Below, in pieces: positions 18,941 through 27,472 of a stretch of 63,504 bases of DNA. The notes beneath the pieces are model-generated. The model saw nothing but the letters and a program-made list of their open reading frames with translations, had not been told where the DNA came from and did not search any database. Numbering within the stretch: the stretch's first letter is position 1; the number at the start of each line of letters is the position of its first letter. Made by a program: the position numbers and the translations under genes. The DNA comes from Cytophagales bacterium (GTDB lineage: Bacteria > Bacteroidota > Bacteroidia > Cytophagales > Cyclobacteriaceae): the NCBI GenBank assembly GCA_022360055.1, contig JAKSDO010000108.1, forward strand, positions 1-63,504, in the 5' to 3' direction.

Positions 18941-19293
18941 GGTTTTTGTCCATTTTAAATTGTTTTACATCTATTTATTCAGGCCCTTTTAGCCTGTTCG
19001 CTTAATTATAATTGCGGTTTGTATTGATTTCCTCCTGATCCCAAAACGGAAACAGCACCTGGCTGTGCCAATCACAAAAGAGCGGAACCGCGATTGAGCC
19101 GGTGCCTGTTATCTCGGTTTTCCGAAAGAAATCTTCACATCCCATCTCCGTTTCTATCAAAAAAGCGCCATAATCCCGGACAAGCTTGATCCTCACGGTT
19201 CAAGGCCTTTTGGATCACTTTTTGAATAATGTTCCGGATATACCCGGAACATACAAATGCCCGCCAATTGCTGTTTCATGGTGCCTTGTTTTA

Positions 19294-19397
19294 GAAGCAG
19301 GCCGCTTCCCTGGATTTACAGTCCAAAACCCACAGTGCTCTGCCCTTGAGCTACACGGTCCAATAAGCTTGGAGACCGTGACGGGAATCGAACCCGC
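19294..19397 (-). tRNA. tRNA-Tyr(GUA)-like sequence in a non-canonical, apparently permuted or rearranged arrangement; possibly a pseudogene
   Basis: 3' piece (minus strand, plus coordinates 19397->19370): T-stem GCGGG, T-loop TTCGATT, T-stem CCCGT, acceptor 3' strand CACGGTC, discriminator T, CCA. After a 9-nt linker comes the 5' piece (19360->19294): acceptor 5' strand GACCGTG (7/7 complementary), U8 A9, D-arm GCUC-AAGGGCA-GAGC, 10 extra nt, anticodon arm UUGGA-CUGUAAA-UCCAG (loop identical to E. coli tRNA-Tyr), long variable-arm hairpin GAAGC-GGCCU-GCUUC. No T-arm follows the variable arm. Confidence 0.35.
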
Positions 19398-19621
19398 AAC
19401 AAACGTTCATCCATAAAAGTTCAGGCAGCATATCCCGATAAATCGAAACACTATGGTGCCGTACAGAAACACACATCAGGTCCTGACACAATTTTGAACT
19501 CCCGCGTTTCCGTCATCAACATGACAGAAGTGTTTTCTTGCAAACAGCAAATATTTTCAAAGAACTATAAAACCTGACGTGCCGCCACCAGGCAAACCGG
19601 TCATTTTTTGAACATTAAAAA

Positions 19622-19647
19622 ACCCCGTCCTGCAACAGGACGGGGTT
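19622..19647. terminator. Bidirectional intrinsic-terminator-like hairpin (ACCCCGTCCTG caac CAGGACGGGGT, A-tract 5' and T-tract 3')
   Basis: 11-bp perfect stem read from the sequence. It lies in the gene desert between the tRNA-like locus and the protease gene. Confidence 0.5.
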
Positions 19648-19830
19648 TCGAATGCATTTGTCTGCACTTAAATTATGATTTTTCCGTCCTGTTTTTATGC
19701 TGGGCTTGCCCCTGTCTTTTACCGCACTTTTGCAGCTCCGAAAGGACATACCTATCCCGCGAGCTTTTTTGCCCATACCAAATATTATTCTGATTCAGCA
19801 TATATCCACTAAAATTCATAAGTCATAAAA

Positions 19831-19856
19831 AAACCCGGATTGTAAGACCCGGGTTT
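19831..19856. terminator. Bidirectional intrinsic terminator (AAACCCGG-loop-CCGGGTTT); likely terminator of the minus-strand protease gene
   Basis: 8-bp stem embedded in an A-tract/T-tract, ~200 nt downstream of the protease stop on the minus strand. Confidence 0.5.
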
Positions 19857-20053
19857 CAATATTTATATTCAAATAAACTATTGAAATCCAAGTCGATATA
19901 TGCAATTTGGATCAAAATCCAAACTTTCCTGTGAAATCGTTTTTTCTACTTGTCGCATATATCTACACATTTGTTCTTTCATTTACGAGTGCAATGATCG
20001 GAAATGATTTTCAATAAACCAAATATTATTTCGTTTTTATGTAATAATTTTGA

Positions 20054-20980
20054 TTAAGCAGCTCTGTTGACCGGAGTTATGGGAAGGAGCAGCTTTTTAT
20101 TGTATCTCAATACTTCGATGTCGACCATTTTAAGTATTTTTCGGTCGCCCAATTGTCTGAAGAGTCCGTGAATGTGTTCTACCCGTTTATCGTTGAACGA
20201 TACAATGACGTCTCCTTCCTGCAATTGAGACCATGAAGCCGGCGACTCCTTTTCAATTTTCGTAATGAATAACCCTTTTTTACCCGTCAGCGCAAAATGC
20301 CTCAGTGATTTTATGGGTATTGCAACTTCCTGCAGCATTAAGCCGAGATATGCTTTGAAGACCTTGCCTGTTCGTATCAATTGTGACGCAATTTCTTTTG
20401 CCGTATCAATAGCAATACTCAGGCTTAACCCTTGCCCGCCACGGATCATGGCGGTGTTTATGCCGATGACCTCTGCCTCCATGCTTACCAGTGGTCCCCC
20501 GCTGTTGCCCGGATTGAGCATGACGTCGGATTGAATAACATTGTCGATCAATTTTCCGGATTGGGACCGGATGGTTCTGCCCAATCCGCTCACAACGCCT
20601 GTGGTTACGGAATGTTGGTAACCCAGAGGATTTCCTAATGCCATTACGTACTGACCGATTCTCAGCTCTTCCGAAGAACCCAATTTGGAGACACTGTGTT
20701 CGTTGGCAAATACTTTGATTACTGCCAGGTCGTTATCGGGATCTTCGCCGACCAATTCGGCCGCTGCAGCCGCTCCGTTCAATAAAGTAACATTCAGCTT
20801 ATCGGCCTTGTGTACAACATGGCTGTTTGTGAATGCCATTCCGTCAGAGGAGAAGATGAAACCCGATCCCGATCCGGCAGGCTTCAATCCTTTGTTTGAT
20901 TTCTTAAATACGTCGATCTTAACCACTGCATCCTTGATGCGATCAACTGTTTTGACAATGAGTTCAGAAATAATATCCAT
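20054..20980 (-). CDS. Trypsin-like serine protease, S1C (HtrA/DegP-like), with one C-terminal PDZ domain; no signal peptide
   Basis: 308 aa. Catalytic motifs TNSHVV (His), DLAVIKV (Asp), GNSGGPL (Ser). PDZ-like segment GLFITKIEKESPASWSQLQEGDVIVSFNDKRV. The N-terminus MDIISELIVKTVDRIKDAV is hydrophilic. Confidence 0.8.
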   Translation of the reverse strand: MDIISELIVKTVDRIKDAVVKIDVFKKSNKGLKPAGSGSGFIFSSDGMAFTNSHVVHKADKLNVTLLNGAAAAAELVGEDPDNDLAVIKVFANEHSVSKLGSSEELRIGQYVMALGNPLGYQHSVTTGVVSGLGRTIRSQSGKLIDNVIQSDVMLNPGNSGGPLVSMEAEVIGINTAMIRGGQGLSLSIAIDTAKEIASQLIRTGKVFKAYLGLMLQEVAIPIKSLRHFALTGKKGLFITKIEKESPASWSQLQEGDVIVSFNDKRVEHIHGLFRQLGDRKILKMVDIEVLRYNKKLLLPITPVNRAA

Positions 20981-21303
20981 ATCGGCTCCTGTTCAGAAAT
21001 AGTGCCAACATCGATAATCATGGAATTCCAAGGTCAGAATGGCAGCATACGTCGTTTGCCGCTTTTCCGGTCGGACAAACTTTGTCAAAGTTCAGGCAAT
21101 CAATACCTTCTCCCCCAAGGGCACATTCGCCGTTGCCCGGCACCACCGGATAACCGGTCCGTCGGATGGAAAAGTTATCTCCGTCCAGGTCTTCAAAAGG
21201 AGCCGTGTCCCATTACGAAGCTGATGTCGATATGCAAAAAAAGCGGGTAAAGGGGACCCGCTTTTCAAAAGAATCTGTAAAACTACGCTTTATTAGGTAA
21301 AAC

Positions 21304-22119
21304 CTAATCGTGATCATCGATTTCATCGTCTTCGTCGTTATCTTCTCCGGCTTCAAAAGCCTCGTCAATATGATTCGTAATCTTTGCTTCGATCTCAGAA
21401 TTGGAAGATCCGTTGATTCGAATCACATCATCTTCATCGAGGTCGGCCATGGATAAATCGATGCCCGACATCAGTTGATCCAGGTCCAGAAGAATCAATA
21501 ACCGTTGCGACGTATTTCCATCCAGTTTAATGCCCTTATCGTTTTCTATTTCGATATCATAGGTCTCCTGGCTGGCAAATTCAACGGCCACAGGATCGGA
21601 ACCCTCCGGCTGATAAGTAAATGCAACGAAGATGCTGTTGCCATCGTCCATAATTGGGCTGATCTCAATCTCAATTTCTTCGTAAACGCCGGGAACTACA
21701 TCCGCAATTCCGAAGTCCGGCGTGCTGCTTCCATTGATCAGGTCAACGACAAACTGACCTTCAAACTCAATCTCATCGTCATCACTTTTATGATCACCGT
21801 TATCGTCGTCATCGTCGCTACCCTCGCTATCGTCATCAGCATCTTCACCGGAATCGTCTGTCGAAGAAACGTCATCCAATCGTTCGAGCTCTATTTCAGT
21901 CACACCGATCAATACTTCGGTATAGCTAATCTCCGTCGTCGTTATTCTTGAACCGGAATTTAGCGCATTCGTGCGCGAGACAGCTTTCATTTCCATTTTT
22001 ATTTCAGCCATGTGCGGATCGGCATTTTCTCCGCAACTTCCCAATAGTATACCGAGGATTATCAGTACGGCCGCCACCATCAGTGTATTGTTTTGGTTCA
22101 TTTTCTCCATCTGTTTCAT
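21304..22119 (-). CDS. Highly acidic (D/E-rich) lipoprotein, function unknown
   Basis: 271 aa. Signal peptide plus lipobox ILLGSCGENAD. Long D/E runs (DDSGEDADDDSEGSDDDDDNGDHKSDDDE; C-terminal EDNDEDDEIDDHD). Confidence 0.5.
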   Translation of the reverse strand: MKQMEKMNQNNTLMVAAVLIILGILLGSCGENADPHMAEIKMEMKAVSRTNALNSGSRITTTEISYTEVLIGVTEIELERLDDVSSTDDSGEDADDDSEGSDDDDDNGDHKSDDDEIEFEGQFVVDLINGSSTPDFGIADVVPGVYEEIEIEISPIMDDGNSIFVAFTYQPEGSDPVAVEFASQETYDIEIENDKGIKLDGNTSQRLLILLDLDQLMSGIDLSMADLDEDDVIRINGSSNSEIEAKITNHIDEAFEAGEDNDEDDEIDDHD

Positions 22120-22185
22120 ATTATTCTTTATTTGGTTATTGATACATTGTACATTAAGCTATTGCAGAAATTAAATCGATATCGC

Positions 22186-23271
22186 CTAAGGAAGCCTTTC
22201 CAGGACCAATTCATCGGTTTCGCTTCCATCCCTCCCGATCAAAGCTATCCGGCGTTCATCAAATTCGAAAACATCCCAGCTCTCTTCCAAAGCATCCAAT
22301 GGAGGGTCATCTCCAAAATCCAGCTCCAACTCCAAATCATCGCCCGCTCCACTGCTCGACCAGGAACCCTCAACGACAAATCCGCCTTTTTGAGCCACGG
22401 CATTTCCATTTTGAAAAAACGTAAACAGGTACCCCTCAAAATTTGCTGTTTTATCGGTATTATCGAAAAAACTGGAAATCACCCAATTCCCGTCAATCAG
22501 TATTTCGATCAATGCTGCATCGTCAGCATCGTCATTGTCGTCGTCTTCATCACAGGCATTAATCGCATTTTTGAGCGCATGTTCCAACTGCGTGTTGTTT
22601 TCAATAGTCAATTCAGTTTTATCCGGCAGGACTACGGAGATGGGATAATCTATGCCGATTAAATCATCTTCACCCAGAAATTGAATAAATTTGAACAATT
22701 CTTTATCGCTGTCTACGGTTATAACATCCGATACCTGGTTGTCAGCATCATAGGTAGCGACCGCGATGGGAAATATGAAGTCCACACATTCTATATCGTC
22801 ATCTTCATTTCCGGAACACGCATCGACCATGCTTTCCAGGTCGTCTTCGCTTGAGACGACAACTTCGGCATGATCCGGAAGAATGACGATGATCGGAAAT
22901 ATAAATTCTACAACATCATCATCCGGTTCATCAGTTAATTCTTCGATTATTGAGAAATCATCGGCAGTTTCAATGCTGATCTCCTGATCATCCACCACAA
23001 TTGTAACGGGTAGCTTTATGGAGGTACAGCTCGATCCGTCGAGTATATTATCGTATGATCCGTCGCGCATCGAGGTGCGCATGATCAATCGGGCGATGGG
23101 TGTTGCTGGTGTAAATACCTCATCAGCAGATGGCTCGATGACTTCAGTGATTTCGGACTGACACCCATCAAGCACAGGCAGTCCGATGAACAGAAGTATG
23201 TAAAGCAGATTTAATGGTGCCCTCATAAATTTAACATCGTTGAACACCAATACAACAGATGGCCGGATCAA
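22186..23271 (-). CDS. Highly acidic lipoprotein with three Cys-terminated ~35-aa repeats, function unknown
   Basis: 361 aa. Probable start at the internal Met (MRAPLNLLYILLFIGLPVLDGCQSE). Repeats VEFIFPIIVILPDHAEVVVSSEDDLESMVDAC / VDFIFPIAVATYDADNQ...ELFKFI / IDYPISVVLPDKTELTIENNTQLEHALKNAINAC. D/E-rich throughout. Confidence 0.5.
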   Translation of the reverse strand: MIRPSVVLVFNDVKFMRAPLNLLYILLFIGLPVLDGCQSEITEVIEPSADEVFTPATPIARLIMRTSMRDGSYDNILDGSSCTSIKLPVTIVVDDQEISIETADDFSIIEELTDEPDDDVVEFIFPIIVILPDHAEVVVSSEDDLESMVDACSGNEDDDIECVDFIFPIAVATYDADNQVSDVITVDSDKELFKFIQFLGEDDLIGIDYPISVVLPDKTELTIENNTQLEHALKNAINACDEDDDNDDADDAALIEILIDGNWVISSFFDNTDKTANFEGYLFTFFQNGNAVAQKGGFVVEGSWSSSGAGDDLELELDFGDDPPLDALEESWDVFEFDERRIALIGRDGSETDELVLERLP

Positions 23272-23377
23272 ATTCCTACCTTTCCAATGAATTTTTTTTT
23301 GACGAATTTTAGGACGGATAAAGGGGGCAAATTCCTGCCCCGGTTTTTTTTGTTAATTTTATATCAAATTTTCCGGG

Positions 23378-23899
23378 TTGATGAAAGTACTTCCGAAGAC
23401 GGATAATGTCTGCGACGAACAACTTTTTAATGAACTATTCAGAAAGTATTCAAAAGACCTTCATGATTTTTTATACTATAAGTACGGAAAAGGACACAAT
23501 CCCGGGGATCTGGTTCAGGAAGCGTTCATTAAACTATGGAACAATTGTGCAAAGGTCGCAAAGGAAAAGGCGAAATCCTTTTTATTTACGGTAGCCAACA
23601 ATCAAATGCTCAATGAACTTTCCAGGCAAAAAACCGTGCTGACATACGCTCAGCACAGGCCGAAGGATTATACCAACGAATCTCCTGAATTTCTCCTGGA
23701 AGAAAATGAGTATATGAATAGACTTCAGGCTGCAATAGAGCGTTTAACCGAGGAACAGCGGGTTGCATTTTTATTAAATCGCATTGAGGGCAAAAAGCAT
23801 AAAGAAATTGCGGAGATGCTCGGCATCTCCAGAAAAGCTGTTGAAAAAAGAATTTATACGGCGCTGAATAAATTGAGAGCTTCGGTTGGAGATTTGTGA
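23378..23899 (+). CDS. ECF-type RNA polymerase sigma factor (sigma-70 family, group 4)
   Basis: 173 aa. Region 2 (DLVQEAFIKLWNN) and region 4 (HKEIAEMLGISRKAVEKRIYTALNKLR). Confidence 0.85.
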   Translation: MMKVLPKTDNVCDEQLFNELFRKYSKDLHDFLYYKYGKGHNPGDLVQEAFIKLWNNCAKVAKEKAKSFLFTVANNQMLNELSRQKTVLTYAQHRPKDYTNESPEFLLEENEYMNRLQAAIERLTEEQRVAFLLNRIEGKKHKEIAEMLGISRKAVEKRIYTALNKLRASVGDL

Positions 23900-23923
23900 G
23901 AACTGAAAATTGACGGGAGGAAT

Positions 23924-24874
23924 TTGCCTCCTTCATCTGTTATAGTATTGAAACAAAGAATTATGCAAGGCGATGATAAAATAAAAAGGTGGCTGGAAGG
24001 AACGATGAGCGATGAAGAAATAAAAATTTTTGAGCGTTCGCAGGAATTTAAGTCGCTGGAAAAATTGTTAAGATCGACTCAGGCCTTCAAAGCTCCCGAT
24101 TACGATGTGGAAGCCGAACTTGCAAAGTTGCGAAGTAAAGATGCCTTTAAAAACAAAAGTATTGGTTCGTTCCGCTTGTGGCCGGTATTTCGCATCGCGG
24201 CCATCTTAGTGCTTGTCATGATTACTTTTTTCTACTTTTTTATAAACCATACGACAACCGTCAAAACGGACCCGGCCGAAAGAACCAGTATTTATTTACC
24301 GGATTCATCCGAGGTAATCCTAAATGCTTTTACCACCGTAGCTTTCAAAGAAAGAGGCTGGAAAAACAATCGTACGGTACAAATGGATGGGGAAGCTTTT
24401 TTTAAAGTCACAAAAGGATCAAAATTTGATGTGGCAACCACAATGGGGACTGTCACGGTGTTGGGCACCAGTTTTAATGTAAAAAGCAGGCCCGGGTATT
24501 TTGAAATAACGTGCTACGAGGGTTCGGTTGAAGTAAAAAGCGGAAATGAGGTAGCCCGACTTTTACCGGGTAAAGCGGTTCGGATACTTGACGGTAAAAT
24601 AGCGCACATGAGCGTTGTATCGGTCGGGACCCCTGCATGGCTGCACGGAGAGAGCTCATTCAAAAGCGTTCCTTTTGTTCATGTAATCCGGGAATTGGAG
24701 CGCCAATACGGTATTGAAGTGATTTTTCAAAGCACAAAGGACGAACAATTATTTACCGGTAAATTCCCACATGAAAATCTGTCGCTTGCGATCCGGGCAA
24801 TATCTGCACCTTTCCACCTGAAGTATGAATTTGCAGAAAAGAACAAAGTTATACTTTCAAAGGAAGATGACTAA
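23924..24874 (+). CDS. FecR-family anti-sigma factor / transmembrane sensor
   Basis: 316 aa. Single TM (FRIAAILVLVMITFFYFFI) and a FecR domain (VATTMGTVTVLGTSFNVKS...). It immediately follows the ECF sigma and precedes the TonB receptor. Confidence 0.8.
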   Translation: MPPSSVIVLKQRIMQGDDKIKRWLEGTMSDEEIKIFERSQEFKSLEKLLRSTQAFKAPDYDVEAELAKLRSKDAFKNKSIGSFRLWPVFRIAAILVLVMITFFYFFINHTTTVKTDPAERTSIYLPDSSEVILNAFTTVAFKERGWKNNRTVQMDGEAFFKVTKGSKFDVATTMGTVTVLGTSFNVKSRPGYFEITCYEGSVEVKSGNEVARLLPGKAVRILDGKIAHMSVVSVGTPAWLHGESSFKSVPFVHVIRELERQYGIEVIFQSTKDEQLFTGKFPHENLSLAIRAISAPFHLKYEFAEKNKVILSKEDD

Positions 24875-27368
24875 GCTGCCGGTTTTGATTCTATTGTTTC
24901 CAATCCCCGGATTTCTACTTTTTGCACAAATCGAAGACGAGAAAAGGAAACTCAGGGAAGTTTTGGTGCAATTGGAAGAACGGTACAATATCTCGTTTAC
25001 ATACGCGGATGAAAATGTGAACGATGTGTCATTGATCCCTCCCCCGGAGGATATGGCAGTGCGGGAAACGCTCGAATATCTCGAATTGTGCACGGGTCTG
25101 AAATTCAAAATGCTCGACGATCATTTTGTCACCATTGGCAAACCCAAAGAAGTGCACATAAAGGTTTGCGGGTACGTTGGCGGCGAAGAAATGGAACTCG
25201 CAATATATGGAGCCACCGTACAGTCAAAAAGCGCATCGACCATCACGGACGAAACGGGATATTTCGAATTGAATGATGCGGCGCCCGATGATACCATTCT
25301 TATACGGTTTATGGGATTTGAATCTTACAAGGCAGTCGCTCATGATCTTGTAGATTGCGGGAAAATCAATCTGAGGCAGAAAACGATAAAGCTGCAAGAG
25401 GTAATAATCAAGAACCTGATTACCAGAGGCATATCTGTAAGTTCCGACGGCGCAGTCAAGATAGATGCGGAAACTCTCGGCATTCTTCCCGGCCTCACGG
25501 AGCCGGATGTGCTGCACACGCTCCAGGCTTTGCCGGGTATTCAAAGCATAAATGAGACGGTTTCCGATATAAATGTGCGAGGTGGGACGAACGATCAGAA
25601 TATTATATTTTGGGATGGGATCAGGATGTATCAATCCGGTCATTTTTTCGGTCTCATCTCCGCGTTTAATCCCTACCTGACAAAAGAGGTTGTCCTGATA
25701 AAAAATGGCACGACAACGGCTTTGAGTGAAGGGGTGTCCAGCACCATCGATATACGTAAAGAAGACCGGGTAAATCCGAAATTTTCCGGAGGCGCCGGTA
25801 TGAATATGATCTATGCGGACGCGTATCTGAAAATTCCGGTGTCAAGGAAATTATCGGTGCAATTATCCGGTCGAAGATCAATATCGGACATCATCCAAAC
25901 CCCGACCTATGAGCGGTTCTTTGAGCGGGTATTTAGAAATACGGATGTGATAACTTCCGAACTTAGCGAGACCGACACCACCATAAATACCAGTGATAGT
26001 TTCAATTTCTATGATATTACCGCAAAATTACTTTACGATATTACCGCCCGTGATAAGCTGAGAATTAGCTTTCTCGACATACATAATTCGATAAGCTATG
26101 AGGAATCCGGCAATGGATCAGACAGTAAAACCAGTGGATTGAAACAGGCCAGCACCGCGCTTGGAATGTCCTACAAGCGCCTTTGGAGCGACAGGATCGC
26201 TTCAGCCGCAAAAATCTATATGTCCGGTTATAAATTAAATGCAGTAAATCACAACAATTTTTACGACCAGAGGCTGGCCCAGGAAAACAAGGTGCTCGAC
26301 CTGGGAATAAAACTTGAAACCAGGATTGCGCTTTATAATGAACTGGATCTCTTGTCCGGTTATCAGTTTAATGAAACCGGGATTACGAATCTGGAAGATA
26401 TCAATAACCCGCCATATAAAAGACGGATAAAAAGGGTACTTCGCGCCCATGCATTATTTACAGAAGCAAATTACGCTTCAAACGCTCTGGGAATGAATTT
26501 AAGGCTGGGACTTAGAGCCAACTATTTTGAAAAATTTAATAGATGGATCGCCGAACCCCGCCTGGCATTCAATCAGAAGTTGCGGAAACATTTGTCATTC
26601 GAAATATTGGGTGAAATGAAAAATCAAACCGCAACCCAGGTCATCGATCTGCAAAACGATTTTTTAGGTGTGGAAAAACGCCGGTGGATCCTGGCAAATG
26701 AAGATGATGTGCCCATAGTTACGAGCCGGCAGTTATCTGCAGGGATCCGGTATCAAAGCGAAAAATTCATATTCAGCGTGGACGGTTATGTTAAAAATGT
26801 CCGGGGCATCACGTCGTCAAGCCAGGGATTTCAAAACCAGTTTCAATACATCCGATCTACCGGTTCTTACGATGTTACGGGATTCGAAGTATTGGCAAAT
26901 AACCGGTTTGGTCCCCTGACATCCTGGATAAGCTATTCGTATGCCAAAAATCTTTACGAGTTTCAGGAGTTCATCCCGCCTGATTTTCCCAATAACCTGG
27001 ACGTCAGACATGTGGTAACGCTTGGTTCAAGTTACAGAATAAACGGGTTCCAGACATCCGTTGGGCTGAACTGGCGAACCGGCAAACCCTATACCCCTCC
27101 CGCCGGCGTCGTTGATAATCAAATCGTATATGACCTGCCGAACAGCTCGAATCTGGATAATTATATTCGGATTGATTTTTCTGCCATTTATAAATTTAAT
27201 CTGTCGAATAACCTGTTTGGCGAGCTCGGGGTTTCTGTTTGGAATCTCCTAAACAACGACAATATTATAAATACTTATTATGAGATCGGCGATAGCGGCA
27301 AAGCGGAAGCGGTATTTCAACACGCTTTGGGTTTTACACCAAATATGATGTTCCGGGTTTATTTTTGA
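24825..27368 (+). CDS. TonB-dependent outer-membrane receptor with N-terminal STN signalling domain and carboxypeptidase-regulatory-like domain (FecA-type transducer)
   Basis: 847 aa. Probable start at the internal MTKLPVLILLFPIPGFLLFAQ (~24864). STN-like VQLEERYNISFTYADENV. CarbopepD_reg-like KVCGYVGGEEMELAIYGATVQSKS...TGYFEL. Plug, beta-barrel, and a C-terminal ...FRVYF. Confidence 0.85.
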   Translation: MNLQKRTKLYFQRKMTKLPVLILLFPIPGFLLFAQIEDEKRKLREVLVQLEERYNISFTYADENVNDVSLIPPPEDMAVRETLEYLELCTGLKFKMLDDHFVTIGKPKEVHIKVCGYVGGEEMELAIYGATVQSKSASTITDETGYFELNDAAPDDTILIRFMGFESYKAVAHDLVDCGKINLRQKTIKLQEVIIKNLITRGISVSSDGAVKIDAETLGILPGLTEPDVLHTLQALPGIQSINETVSDINVRGGTNDQNIIFWDGIRMYQSGHFFGLISAFNPYLTKEVVLIKNGTTTALSEGVSSTIDIRKEDRVNPKFSGGAGMNMIYADAYLKIPVSRKLSVQLSGRRSISDIIQTPTYERFFERVFRNTDVITSELSETDTTINTSDSFNFYDITAKLLYDITARDKLRISFLDIHNSISYEESGNGSDSKTSGLKQASTALGMSYKRLWSDRIASAAKIYMSGYKLNAVNHNNFYDQRLAQENKVLDLGIKLETRIALYNELDLLSGYQFNETGITNLEDINNPPYKRRIKRVLRAHALFTEANYASNALGMNLRLGLRANYFEKFNRWIAEPRLAFNQKLRKHLSFEILGEMKNQTATQVIDLQNDFLGVEKRRWILANEDDVPIVTSRQLSAGIRYQSEKFIFSVDGYVKNVRGITSSSQGFQNQFQYIRSTGSYDVTGFEVLANNRFGPLTSWISYSYAKNLYEFQEFIPPDFPNNLDVRHVVTLGSSYRINGFQTSVGLNWRTGKPYTPPAGVVDNQIVYDLPNSSNLDNYIRIDFSAIYKFNLSNNLFGELGVSVWNLLNNDNIINTYYEIGDSGKAEAVFQHALGFTPNMMFRVYF

Positions 27369-27472
27369 TCCGGCGCCTCAATCCCGAACGGCTGATTCCG
27401 TCCGACACTTTTCGGATCGATCAGCGCTTTAAGTAGAGATGTCTTTGCTGTTTGTTGTTCAAGAGGTCCGGC

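Noticed and set aside
19294-19397. Possibility that the permuted tRNA-like locus is a two-piece (permuted) tmRNA gene
   Set aside because: The 5' piece has a canonical D-arm and a tRNA-Tyr anticodon arm, neither of which tmRNA has. There is no tag-peptide reading frame or pseudoknot region.
22093-22662. 189-aa plus-strand ORF overlapping the acidic lipoprotein gene
   Set aside because: It is antisense to the D/E-rich coding sequence, and its low-complexity codon mirror produces an open frame.
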